From an uncultured Planctomycetaceae bacterium (GTDB lineage: Bacteria; Planctomycetota; Planctomycetia; Planctomycetales; Planctomycetaceae), in the NCBI GenBank assembly GCA_963815195.1, contig CAWFGE010000013.1:352001-416000 (forward strand): a stretch of DNA of 64,000 bases. Reading direction: 5' to 3'. A program made the translations under genes and the position numbers. The notes beneath the pieces are model-generated. The model saw nothing but the letters and a program-made list of their open reading frames with translations. It did not search any database and was not told the origin of the DNA. Positions 50,366 to 62,080 of this stretch are shown here, one piece after another; within the stretch, counting starts at the first letter, position 1; each line of letters opens with the position of its first letter.

Positions 50366-53300
50366 CTAACTCGCGTCCGCGGCGGCCATTGGGGCGGGTT
50401 TGCCCGTTGTTTGGCCGCTGCGTTTGGGGCGGATTTCGTGTTCCTCGCCGCCCGCGATCAATACTTCCGACTCGCCTTTCTTTCCGTGCTCCAACTCGTC
50501 GGCAAAGCGTTTGGCTCCCTCGTCCGGGGGGATCAGTTTGAGGCCGCGTTTGACCAGATGCTTCTCCAAATGCGAGACCATCCCCACTTCCGCCCACGGC
50601 CCCCAAGCCACGGCGAACACCCGGCCCGGCCACTGGCGGTCGAGCGAATGGGCGAGCTTGCTGAGAACTTCGTTCGCCGCCGCGTAATCCGATTGGCCGC
50701 GGTTTCCATATCGGCTGGCGATCGAAGCGAAGAAAGAACAGAACTTGAGCGATGCGGGATTGAGATGCCTCGCCAGAATGCTCGCGCTGTCCACCTTCGT
50801 CCCGAACACGCGGTCGAAGGATTCCGGCGTCTTGTCGCGGACGAGTTTGTCATCGATAATCCCCGCCCCGTGAATCACGCCGGCGATCCCGCCCTGGGAT
50901 TCCAGTTCTTCAATCAGCGCGGACATCGCCTGCTCGTCGCGAACATCCGCCGCGCGGTAGGTCACTTTGGCTCCTGTTTCCCGCAGAGCTTCGAGGTTCG
51001 ATAAAATCTCCCGGTCCCGCATCAACCGCTGATAAATCTCTTCGACCTTCGCGGGAGTGAAGGCGTCGCCTGAGGTTTGGAGTCGCTTGATGAGCACCGC
51101 TTTGATTTCCGCCTGGTCGGTGAGGTTCGCGGTCTCGGCGGCTTCGGGTTGAGGTTCCGCGGATCGGCCGACGATCACCAGATGCGGCTGGTAGCGGTTG
51201 GCAAGTTCCAAGGCAATCCGGGCCGTGATCCCCCGCGCTCCGCCCGTCACCAGAACGGTGGAATCGGAATCGAGCAGGAGGTGGGTTTCGTCTTCGTCCA
51301 ATCCGACATTCACCGGCTCCCAGGTCACGCGGTTCGACTGGCAGTAGCCAACTTCCAACGGCCCCTCCGTATCGCTGAGTTCGTTCAATAATATTTCCGC
51401 GAATTGGGCGGGCGAGGAGACATCATCGAAATCGACGGCCCTGACCAAAACTTCCGGCCATTCGGAACCCAGGCATTTCGTAAAGCCCACGATCCCGCCG
51501 TAGCCCGGCAGGAAATCCGCAGGGAGCGGGTTCTCGCCGAAGGCCAATTCGCCGCCCATCAAGGTCGGGGCGAGGAAGAACGAGCCGCCGTCCTCGCCCG
51601 CTTCGCGAAGATCGCTTTCCAAGCCGCGCGAGAAGGTACAGCGACTTCACATCCCGGTGAGCCCGAACGGTCCCACGTTTCCTGTATCATCCGCCTGGGC
51701 GAGCGGTGCAAGATGAATGAAGCCGCCGATGCTGCCGTTTTCGTCCCGCACGCGGCTGAGCAATTCGTTCACGGCGCCCGCATCGGTCAAATCGGTTTCG
51801 GCGGGATTGACGATGCGCACATCGACTTCAAAGTCCGCAAGCCGGCCGGCGATTTCCCCGGCCAGTCCGCGCCCGTCATCGGTGATCAACACGCAGCCGG
51901 CGGGGATCATCATGGAACCGCCGGGGAGCGGCAGGTCCACGATTTCCACCAGGCCGCGCTGGACTTTCAGTCCCTCATCGCCGGGCGAGGCTTTTTTTTT
52001 GAGGCCCCGTTCGACTGGGCGAGCTCGGCCGCGGATTCCTCCTCGGCGGGAGCCCCCGTTTCGGCCAGGGCTTCTTCGAGATAATCGATGATGCCGCCCA
52101 ACGTGCGGAGCGTGGTGAGCTGCTCGAGTTCGATGGGCGAATCCATTTCATCGTCCTCGGTGCCGAGCGATTCCGCGAGCGAGCCGAGGATTTCGACGCG
52201 TTTGATCGAATCGATGCCCAGTTCGCCTTCGAGATCGAGATCCATCCGCAGCATGTCTTTGGGATAGCCCGTGCGGGCGCTGACGAGTTCCAGGAGCTGC
52301 GCTGTGAGCGATTCCCGCGTGACCGCCGGGGCCGCGGCTTCTTTCACTTCCGCCGCTTTCGCGGGGGCCGGTTCCGCAGCGGGTTCGGGTTTCGGTTCCG
52401 GCTTGGGAGCGACTCCGTTGGCCGTCCCATTCATCCCCGCCGAGGCATGCGCAGGAGCGCCGTTCATCGCGGCTCCATTCCCCGCGGTCCCATGGGCCGG
52501 AGCCTGCGGCGCGTAAGAACCGTTTCCGTTCGCGGAGGCGTAGTGCGGGGGCTGCGCCGGCGTCGCGGGGTGCGATGTGCTGGGAATATCAATCGGAGCC
52601 GCGTGGGCGTCGCCTTGCAGATAGGCGAGCATCACGTTCCGCTGAGTGTCCAAGAACCGTGACATCAAATGCTGAAAGCCGTGCATCACCTGCGTGACAT
52701 CGTCCCCGGACATGGGAACGCTGGGCGTCTGATGCCGGACGGCGGGTAAACCGGCCTGGTTGCCGTTGCCGTGGCTGGCTCCGTTACCGTTGCCGTTGTA
52801 GGCGGCCGCAGCATGGCTGGGAGCCGGGGCGGCGGCCTGAGGCGGGGCGGCTTGGGCGGCGGGTTGTTCGGGCAGGCGGTTGGTGCTGCCGTTCTGGGCG
52901 GAATGTGCTGGAGGCACGGCGGGGGTCTCCTCGAGGTTGGTGTGGCCGTTCTGCTTCATGGATTGAGATTGTCCCAACAAGAAAGGTTCAGGAGCGTCAA
53001 GGGGTCGATTACGAATGCCATTGACCATCCATGTGGTCCGCGACAGGGGAGCCGGTTTGACATCGTGTTCCAGGTTCGTCAGGTTGTACGGGGCGAGATC
53101 CCGGTCTTCGTAGAGGCGGTCCAACCGCATGGGAACGCCATGCACCAGAAGCTGCGCGAGGGCATGCTGCAATTGGACGATTCCGTCGCGGCCTTTGATG
53201 TCCGTGGCCACGGCGAGATGCGGACGGTCCCCTAGAATCTGGTGGACCAATCCCGTGAGCACGCCCTGCGGTCCGACTTCGATGAAGATCGTCGCACCGG

Positions 53301-56300
53301 CTTGGGACATCGCTTCGATTTCCGGCTGAAACTGCACGGAAGACGCGAGATGCTCGGAGAGCAGGTTGCCAATTTTGTCCGGCTCGGAAGGATACTCCGT
53401 TCCCAGCGTGTTCGAGTAAACTGTTGTCTTGGGCGCGGCGAAGTCGATTTCGCTGAGCACGCCGGCGAGCGGGCGGGCGGCATCGGCGACCAATGGCGAA
53501 TGAAACGCACACGCCACGGGAATCCGCCGGCCGCGAAGTTTCTTTTCGGGAAGGCGCTTGAGCAAGGCTTCCAAACCCGCGTCGCTGCCGGAGACGACGG
53601 TTTGGTTCGGCGAGTTGAGATTCGCCAGCGAAACGCCTTCGAGTCCATCGATGGCTTTCGCCACTGTTTTGGCGTCGGCATCGACGGCGACCATGCCGCC
53701 CCGGTTGTCGCCGGCGGCTTCATTGATGAGCCGGCCCCTCTCGTAAGAGACATGATAGAGGTCGTCTTCGCTGATCGCCCCGGCCGCACACAAGGCCGCG
53801 TATTCGCCGTAACTGTGGCCGGCGAGGAAGTCGGGCGTAATTCCCAGCGATTCCATCACATGGAACATGGCCATCCCTGCCGCCCCCAACGCGGGCTGAG
53901 CCACATCGGTGCGGGCCAGCATGTCCCGCGCGGTTTTCTCGGCCGCGGGCGTGAAGGTCGAAGCCGGATAGACGAACCGGCCCAGCGGTCGGTCCCATTT
54001 TCCATCGAGCTTCCGCGTGGCCTTGTCGAAGGCTTCGCGAACTTCGGGGAGCACCGTTCCCGTCTGGGCGAGCATGTTGGGGTACTGCGATCCCTGCCCC
54101 GGAAACAGAAACGCAACCTTGCCTTTCCGCTCCGCCGGCTGCATATGGAAATAAATGCCTCGCGGGTCGGTTTTCTCTTTGGCGTCCGATTTGAGAAGTT
54201 CCAAAGCGGCGGCGAGTTTTTGCCCGAGGTCGTCCGCCGACTGCGCGACAACCGCCAACGTGGGAAGCGATGTATCCTCGGGGCAGGCATCGCTTAAGGA
54301 CAACGCCAACCGCGAAAGATCCGGCAAGTGTTCGCCCGAGAGCACCTTGTGAACCCGCTCGACATCCTTGGCGATTTCGTCCCGCGTGGTTTTTCTAAAG
54401 ACGAACAACTCCGCCGGCCAATGCCGTTTGGCGGGCGGCGTGCGGTCTTGGAAGTTCCCGGTGTATTCTTGCAGGACGACGTGATAGTTCGTGCCGCCGA
54501 AGCCGAACGCGCTTACGCCGGCGTAGCGGGGATGATCGGCTCCGTGGATCCACGGGCGAGCCTCGGCGTTGAGGTACAGCGGACTTTCTTCAAAGTTAAT
54601 CCGCGGATTCGGCTGATCGACCAGGGTCGGCGGCAGGACTTTGTGATGGAGGCCGAGGGCGGTTTTAATCAACCCGCCGATGCCGGCGGCACACTTGGTG
54701 TGGCCGATCATCGACTTCACCGAGCCGATCGCACACGACTGCGGATGGGCTTCGAATTCGTTGAAGACTTCGATCAAAGCCTTGGCTTCGGTGTGGTCGC
54801 CGACGACGGTCCCGGTGCCGTGGGCTTCGATCAACTCCACATCGCTGGGCGAGATGTTGGCCTGGGCATAAGCCCGGCGAAGAGCCCGCATCTGGCCGGC
54901 GAGGTTCGGCGCGGTGAGGCCTTTTTCGCGGCCGTCGCTCGAAGCTCCCACGCCTTTGATGACGGCATAGATTTTATCGCCGTCCCGCTCCGCATCCGCC
55001 AGGCGTTTGAGCATCACGACCCCGATGCCTTCGCTGAGCACGATCCCGTCGCCCGCGGCATCGAAGGGGCTGCATCGGCCGCGCCGCGAGAGGGCGTGGG
55101 TCTTGCTGAAGGCGGTGTAGGCGTAGGGCGTCATCACGGTGTCGGCCCCCATCGCGAAGGCCACGTCGCTCGTGCCCATCTCCAATTCGCGGACGCAGGA
55201 ATACACCGCCGCGAGCGAAGACGCACACGCGGCATCGATCGCGAGGTTCGCCCCGCCGAAGTTGAAGCGGTTGGCGACCCGGCCCACGGCCACGTTCGAG
55301 AGAATGCCCGGGAACGAATCTTCGGTCCATTCGGGAAACGCGCCGTTTTCGAGGATTTTCTCCGTGGGCACTTCGACGCCGGGCACGGTCTTTAACAGCG
55401 GCAAACAGCAGCGGAAGCCATAAGCCACCGCAACCGGACCGCCGCCCCCGCCGACGCCGAGGATCGCCGAGGTCTTCTCGCGGTTGAAGGGCCGCTCCGT
55501 GTAGCCCGCATCGTCGATCGTGTGCTGCACGGCTTCCAGGAGCAGAAGCTGCAAGGGTTCGATGGCTTTCAGGCTGGCCGGGGTGATCCCATATTTCAGC
55601 GGGTCGAACGGAATATCCTCCATGAACCCGCCCCACTTGGAGACGATCTTGTCCTTCGCGCGGGGATCGGGATCGTAATACAGCCGCCAATCCCAGTGCG
55701 TTTCGGGAACTTCGGTCACCGCATCGAAGCGATCCAGGATGTGTTCCCAATACTCTTCGAGGCTCTTGGCTTTGGGATAGAAACACGACATGCCGATGAC
55801 GGCAATGTCGCAGGGTGTTTCCGCGGGTTGGGGAGCCATGAGTTCCGGAGCCAATCGTTGGAGTGTGGCGAGGCTGCCCTGGCAAACGTCTTTGTGAAGT
55901 TCCTCCATCGTCATCACGCGGTCGTGCATGGCGGCGACCTGGCCGATCATGTACATCCCGCGGGAGAATTGTTCCTCATCGGGAATCTCCGCAAGCTGCG
56001 AAACGCCGGTTTCGGTCTGCACCCGGTCCAGCCCTTTGGATGCCACGCGGAGCCTGCCGATGTTCATCCATTCGAGGGCCTGGGTGATTTCGTCGTTGGT
56101 TTTGCCCTCGGTTTTCAGCCGCTGCTTTTCCTTGTGGAACACCTCGAAATAAGGCGTGTTGATGCAGCGGATCGCATGCCCCGGCGCGGTTTCCAACAGG
56201 ACGGTGTTTTTGCTGGACAGGGCTTCTTTCTGAAAGCGGGGCACGATGGCTCCGCCGGCGACCGCTTCCTGGGTAAAGAGATACGCCGTGCCCATCAACA

Positions 56301-57903
56301 CGCCCACTGCGACGCCTTTCTCGACCAGCGGCGCCGCCAGCACCGACACGGCGGCACTCGAAACCGCATCGTGAATCCCGCCCGCGAAGACGATATTGAG
56401 TTCCTCCGCCTTGCCGCCGCTTTGGATGTGGTCCAACAGGAGTTCGCACATGGTTTCCCAGAGCACGAAGCTGCCCCGCGGTCCCACGTGGCCGCCGCAT
56501 TCCTTGCCTTCAAAGATGAACCGCCTGGCCCCATCTTTGAGGAACATTTTGAGCAGCCCCGGCGACGGGACGTGCAAATAGGTCGGAATGCCCTCGTCTT
56601 CCAATTCGCGGGCTTGATCCGGCCGGCCGCCCGCGATCAAAGCGAAAGGCGGCTTAAACTTCCGGATCGCGGCCACTTGTTCCTTGCGGATCTCCGGCGG
56701 CAAGAAACCCAAAAGTCCCACGCCCCACGAGCGGTCGCCCAGTTGCTTTTGCGTTTCCGCAAGCAAGGTTTCGGTGGCTTTCTTCCGCAGGAGCGCGAGA
56801 GCCAAGAACGGCAAACCGCCGGCGTGGGAGACGGCGTCCGCAAAGGCGGCGGTGTCGCTGACCCGCGTCATCGGCCCTTGGAAGATCGGATACGAAATGT
56901 GATGCCTTTGGGCGAACTCCGAGCCTTCCGTCAGCGGCTGGAACCTGTGGGCGGCGTCCAGGTTTTGCTTCACACGATCGACAACCGCTTGCAGCACCCC
57001 GGCCACGGTCACGTAGCGTTCCGCGAGTTGCCGGGCGAAACATGCCGACTGTCCCAGGAATACAATTTCATTGGATTCTGCTCTATGCATCTGCCGTCGG
57101 GCGGCTTCCCGCCAGTGGGCGAGTTTTTCCTCCGCGGAGAGGTCGGCGGATTCCAGGCGGGCTTCTTCTTTCTGAAGGAATTCCACGGCAGCACTACCCG
57201 GCCGTTTGAAGAGCCGATACGCTTCGCCCAACCGTCCACCGAGACACACGGTTTGGCTGCCGTCAAAGGCGGACAGCCAATTCCCTCCCGTTTTGCGGAG
57301 GGGAGATTCTTTGGCGAGGAGCAGTTGGCAATCGAGCACAACGCCCGAAGCCCCGGCTGCGATGGAAGCGGCGGCCGTGTTGGGGCCGATCCCGCCCTGC
57401 ACCCAGGCGGGCAGGTGCTGATCGGTTTCCGGCCCAAATTCGGCATGCCAGCGCTGCAGCAGGATGAACGTCGTCTCATCCCCGACGCGTCCGCCGGCTT
57501 CGTGACCTTTGAGGATCAAGCCTGAAACGCCGAGCCGCCGGCCCAGCTTCATCTCCTCAACCGAAATCGCTTCCCACAGCACGGCGACGCCTCGGTCTTG
57601 GAATCGCTCCACCCAATCGGCCAGTTCCGGGAAATCTCCGCCCGCCAAAACTACCCAGGACAATTCTTCCGGGCGATACTTTTCCAGGAGCGGCAACAGG
57701 GACGCATTCCTTCGCCCCAGCTTCACCCCGAACGGACCGCGCGCATGTTCTGCAACGCGTTCGAGAGCAGATTGAGCCGATGCCATTGAATCGACGTATT
57801 CAAGATCCAGAATTCCCCGTGCGCCAGCCCGGCACGCGGCAATGACGAGCGACGGATCCGCGTGACCCGGCGGCGTCATTCCCAGCAAGTTGTGAAGGTC
57901 CAT
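50366..57903 (-). CDS. Pfa-like iterative type I PKS/FAS: two FMN enoyl-reductase-like barrels-KS-AT-ACP-KR (frame breaks near 51995, 51660 and 51624)
   Basis: KGHEAGGR and EGKECGGH barrels; DAACASS, HGTGT, KSMIGH (KS); GQGSQY, GHSYG, AFHS (AT); LGIDSIKRVEI (ACP); TGGARGIT, YAAAN (KR, ORF 50366-51622). Confidence 0.87.
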
Positions 57904-57979
57904 TGACTCCCCGCGCGAACGGATAGTTGTTCGGTTCGGATAAAATCCGGAGCCGGCACAAAGAACCCACTTTGCCAAG

Positions 57980-58130
57980 CTCCGAAACGAAGTTCTCCAA
58001 CCTCCGTGAAATGCTATCGATTTAATAGCCTAAAGTTAAGAATACAAACAATTACCCCGTATTCTCAAGTCCAACTCATTCTTCCCAGATTTCCCACACC
58101 TCCCGTTTTATAAGATGCTAGTGTAGCTGT
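57980..58130. promoter_or_regulatory. AT-rich divergent promoter region
   Basis: Clear GC drop (ATTTAATAGCCTAAAGTTAAGAATACAAACAATT) between the divergent PKS and secreted-protein genes; no specific site assigned. Confidence 0.4.
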
Positions 58131-58404
58131 CGGGGGGAAATCAAGCGCGAGTGGGGGAATCGCCCGGCGAGATGGAACTTGGAGATCCCCATCCGCTATG
58201 TCCCGCACCACCCGCGTCATCCAGAAATTCTCAGCCGCTTGCACGCGGAGTTCGTCCCAAAAAATCGGCCCCGGAATAGGGTTTGCACTTTCCCAACTTC
58301 GCCGGAGTGGGCGTGGAAACTGGCAAGATTCTCCCTGGAATTTGTAAATTCTGCCCCGACAATTGTAGAAGACCGCCTTACTTTATCCCCTGGAAGGACC
58401 TGTT

Positions 58405-59457
58405 GTGGTAAACCCTCTGTTGATTCCCTCTCGGACCTGGACTTTTCTGAAACGCGGATGTCTCGCACTTTGCGTCGGCATCATAGGTCCCGTGCTGGTG
58501 GAAAGCAAAGCTGCCAACCCGGGGGAAGTCGCCTCCTCGCAGCCGCCCAGCCCGCAGGCCGCTTCGCCAGGCCCGGGGAACGCAAATTCGCCCGCTGCCC
58601 CGGTTCCGGTGAAGCGGGGAAAACTCGTGTTGGTCACGCCGGGCACGGTGGTCGGCAAAACCGCACCCCAGGGCTGGTCGCATTTGATTCTGAAAAACTA
58701 TCCCCACATCAATCCCAAACAGCAATCGCTGGTCTCCGCCAGCACGTATCGCCTCGCGAGCCTCGTGTTCACTTCGATCATGGCCCGCGTGGAGGCGATT
58801 CCGGGCACCAATCCGACCCGCTACGCCCTGGGCGACATCGGATTCGGGCTGGGTACGACAGTCCGCGGCGAGGAAATGGTGCTCTCGCCCGAAACCCAGG
58901 CCCGGCTGGGGGCCAACCTGGGCTTTCAAGAGCGGTTCGTGCTGTCCGAATGTTACAAACGGCAGGCGATGGCGCGGTCCGTCGTGCGGACCAACACGAT
59001 GGCTGTCTTCGACACGCACGCCGTGATCGATCACGACAGCCGGCATCACCTCGCCAAAATGCGGTATGCCGTGCTGCTCGATCCGCGGTCGGGGCAAATC
59101 GCCACGCTGAGTTGGGGTGTCGATCTCGACCAGGAGCAGCGGCCCCGCGTCGCCTGCACCCCGCTGGAATGGCTGCCGCCTAACAAGGTGGACGACTGCG
59201 TGCTCTACGTGGATCCCAACCAGTTCACGTTGGGGATTCCCAACGACATCGCATTCGCGGTCAAACGCCCGCCGCTCGGACAGGCCCAGATTCCGCTCAC
59301 CCAGGACCTACAGGCGCTCGCCGGCCGGCCGAGTTACACCGCCCAAACCGCGAACGATTTGGAAATGACCCTCCGCAACGGCTTGCGCAAGATTCTCCAA
59401 CAAGCCGCCCGGCGAGACAACGCAAATCGCGTTGCGGAGGGTTCCGACCGCCGTTAG
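58405..59457 (+). CDS. Hypothetical exported protein
   Basis: Signal-peptide-like N-terminus, Pro-rich linker, strong GC3 codon bias; start uncertain. Confidence 0.7.
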   Translation: MVNPLLIPSRTWTFLKRGCLALCVGIIGPVLVESKAANPGEVASSQPPSPQAASPGPGNANSPAAPVPVKRGKLVLVTPGTVVGKTAPQGWSHLILKNYPHINPKQQSLVSASTYRLASLVFTSIMARVEAIPGTNPTRYALGDIGFGLGTTVRGEEMVLSPETQARLGANLGFQERFVLSECYKRQAMARSVVRTNTMAVFDTHAVIDHDSRHHLAKMRYAVLLDPRSGQIATLSWGVDLDQEQRPRVACTPLEWLPPNKVDDCVLYVDPNQFTLGIPNDIAFAVKRPPLGQAQIPLTQDLQALAGRPSYTAQTANDLEMTLRNGLRKILQQAARRDNANRVAEGSDRR

Positions 59458-59513
59458 AGTGAACGGAGGCAAAACCAAAGATCGTCCGATTCTGATTCGA
59501 GCGGGGCAATTGC

Positions 59514-60386
59514 ATGTGGCTTCTCACCCTGTGTTTGTTTGGGAACGTCGTGCAAGAGAGCACGCCGCATCGCAAAGAAAATCCCGTCTATCGGGCCCTC
59601 ATTGAAACCGGCGTGGACGTGACGCCCCAAACTCAGGTCAAGCTCCCCGAGCCTGACCTCCCCGACGGCTTGAGCGCGGCCGAGCAAAAAGAGCGGATCA
59701 CCAAACTCATCGGCCGCCGGTATAATTGGCAGGTTTTCACCCGCGAGACCACGGTCGCTCCCTTTCTCTCCGAGTTGACCCGGAAGAAAACCAACGACCC
59801 GAACGTCGAATATCAAGAGGCTCACATTTATTTCGTGGCCTACGGCGATCTGAAAGCCATCGCGGAGGCCGGCGGATTATCGGAATCGGACGACAACAAC
59901 ACACAATCGACCCCACTGACGCCGCAAGACCTGGCGGCAAACAAGATCACGCTGGAAAACCCCAAGCACGAATCGTACGCCTACATCTCCAACGATGTGA
60001 TCGACAAGATTCGCTTGAGCGGGGTTCTCCGAAGTGACTGGAGCGAGACAGCCGATTCGATCGTCGCCGCCACGGAGATGGATTCCCGCTTCGACAAGAA
60101 CGAGAAGTTCCCCAACCAGTGGCAGCCGCTGTTGACGATCCGCGCTCCGAAGAAGTTGGGCAAAGCCGCCCCTTACCACGGGGCCGGGGGTTACTCCAAG
60201 ATCACGAAGCTCGAAGAACCCAAAGGCGCGCTCTTCATCGAAGCCCATCTGGTGTTCGCGGAACCGAAGGCCTGGTTCGGCGGAAATAACCTCTTGGGTT
60301 CCAAACTGCCGCTCGCGTTCCAGGACAAAGTCCGCTCCACCCGGCGGGAAATCTTGAGAGCCACGCAGAAAGCCCAGGAGAAATAA
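59514..60386 (+). CDS. Hypothetical protein, possibly exported
   Basis: 290-aa ORF with gene-like codon usage and a short hydrophobic N-terminus. Confidence 0.75.
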   Translation: MWLLTLCLFGNVVQESTPHRKENPVYRALIETGVDVTPQTQVKLPEPDLPDGLSAAEQKERITKLIGRRYNWQVFTRETTVAPFLSELTRKKTNDPNVEYQEAHIYFVAYGDLKAIAEAGGLSESDDNNTQSTPLTPQDLAANKITLENPKHESYAYISNDVIDKIRLSGVLRSDWSETADSIVAATEMDSRFDKNEKFPNQWQPLLTIRAPKKLGKAAPYHGAGGYSKITKLEEPKGALFIEAHLVFAEPKAWFGGNNLLGSKLPLAFQDKVRSTRREILRATQKAQEK

Positions 60387-60423
60387 AAGCGGGCCGCCCC
60401 CAGGCAGCCCGCCCGTTTTGTTC
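60385..60423. terminator. Probable terminator hairpin between convergent genes
   Basis: AAAA-GCGGGCCGCC-CCCA-GGCAGCCCGC-CCGTTTTGTT. Confidence 0.55.
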
Positions 60424-60449
60424 TTCCAAATGTCCCGCGTGCGGGAACT

Positions 60450-61619
60450 TCAGCGAACCGGCTTCTCGGCGGTGGCGGCTTCCTGGACCGCGGGATGGTC
60501 CGATTCCCGCGCCTTCGCCCGGTCCGGCCACATGCGTTCCCGGTAAATCACCAGCGAGTTGAGCGCGTGGTACATGCCGCCCGGTTCCAGGGACTGCTTG
60601 CGGGATTCGATCAAATCCGTGGCAATCCGCCGGGCCGCGTTTTGAATATAGGTTTGCGACAACTCGCTTTGAGGCAAGGTCCCCATCATCATCTCCAGCG
60701 TGTGCCCCGTAGTGGAAAGCCGTTTGCTCACGTCGTCGGTGTGGCCCGGACCTTTGAAATAATTCGAGGAGAACGAGCCGTCGGGGTTCTGCATCCGCTT
60801 GGCGGTCTCGATGTGCCTTTGCAGATAGATGTGCGCTTCCAGCCAGGTTCCGGTGAGTGCCCGGCCGGCTTGCAGATGGGCGTTCCGGGCCATCGCGATC
60901 GCGAACAATCCGTGCATGCCCCCGCACGCGGCTTTGGTCACGGGCGTCCGCATCTGCTTCGTGATGAGCCGTTCCATGCTCCAGGCTTCGCCTTTGCCGT
61001 TGATCCATTCCGAATCGGGATCGATGTAAAACGCCAGGAACCACAGCGTCCAGGTCATCTCCTCTTCGTCGTTGGCTTCCATTTTGGCATTCTTGATGAC
61101 GTCGTCGATGGTGATCGTCTTCTCGCCGTTCTCGCCCGCTTTGAGTTTGAAATCCCGCGGCAGCCGGGCCAACGTAAACAGCGCCAAAAACTGGTTGGGA
61201 TGGCCTTCGAAATGGTAGGGCTGGGTGTAAGGATGCCCTTTGCCGCCGTGCTCCGTTGCGAGCCACCAGGGCTTGCCTTTGAACGTGGGGCCCGAGGCGA
61301 TCCAATCGAGGGCTTTGACGGGTTTGCCGTCTTTGAGGATGTAGTAATTGTCGCGGAGCGCCAACACGCCGTGGCAAATCTGCCAGGGGGTGTGCTCGTC
61401 CGCGGAGAGATGCCGGCGGCTGGTGATGGCGATGGCTTCGTCGATCAGATCGGGAAGCGGCATGTTCGCCAGGGCACGCTCCTCCGCTTCTGAAACCGGA
61501 GGCGCGGACTGCTCCGGCGGTTCCGGCTGGGCCCAACACGGAGCGGCCGAAGCTCCCACCAAGACCGAACCTAACAAAACACACAACCCTCTTCCGATTA
61601 AGCGGGACGAAAACTTCAT
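60450..61619 (-). CDS. Secreted hypothetical protein with a QW-like motif
   Basis: Signal peptide, TPWQICHG, EGHPNQFLA, ACGGMHGL, QNPDGSFS. Confidence 0.72.
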   Translation of the reverse strand: MKFSSRLIGRGLCVLLGSVLVGASAAPCWAQPEPPEQSAPPVSEAEERALANMPLPDLIDEAIAITSRRHLSADEHTPWQICHGVLALRDNYYILKDGKPVKALDWIASGPTFKGKPWWLATEHGGKGHPYTQPYHFEGHPNQFLALFTLARLPRDFKLKAGENGEKTITIDDVIKNAKMEANDEEEMTWTLWFLAFYIDPDSEWINGKGEAWSMERLITKQMRTPVTKAACGGMHGLFAIAMARNAHLQAGRALTGTWLEAHIYLQRHIETAKRMQNPDGSFSSNYFKGPGHTDDVSKRLSTTGHTLEMMMGTLPQSELSQTYIQNAARRIATDLIESRKQSLEPGGMYHALNSLVIYRERMWPDRAKARESDHPAVQEAATAEKPVR

Positions 61620-62080
61620 GTTCGATAATTCCCTTGGCAACCTCAAAGCGATTTCTGGATGGATGACTTCCTGATGGGGGAGCGTTCCCCTCGTGGGGCG
61701 CGTTGACTTACTGGGTCAAAGCACAACCGGCGGGATCCTCCCTGATGCCTTCACCATGATCGGAAACTCCCCGGTCCGGCGTGATGCAGAATCCGCCCAG
61801 GCCCCCGTTCCGCCCGGTCCCGTCAAAACACCGTGAGGATTATTCGTCCCCTACCAATTGGAAGGATCGAACCGCGCCGGTGCAATCGGAATAATCCACA
61901 ATCCCGGCACAAATCGCAAGGTGCGAAATCCTCGCAGAATCTGTCGTTCGCCCCGTGCACAGGCGATTGACCAACGATTCGACACAATCATGATTCTGTG
62001 ACGAATGGGGCCGACCCACCTGTGCCACCAATCGCTGTCCACTTACCCTATGGGTTCCAACACGCTCGTTGGGTTGGGCT

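Noticed and set aside
55522..57525. 667-aa plus-strand ORF
   Set aside because: Antisense shadow of the PKS
61620..62080. Riboswitch or ncRNA in the long intergenic region
   Set aside because: No family consensus recognisable by eye; an Rfam covariance search would be needed
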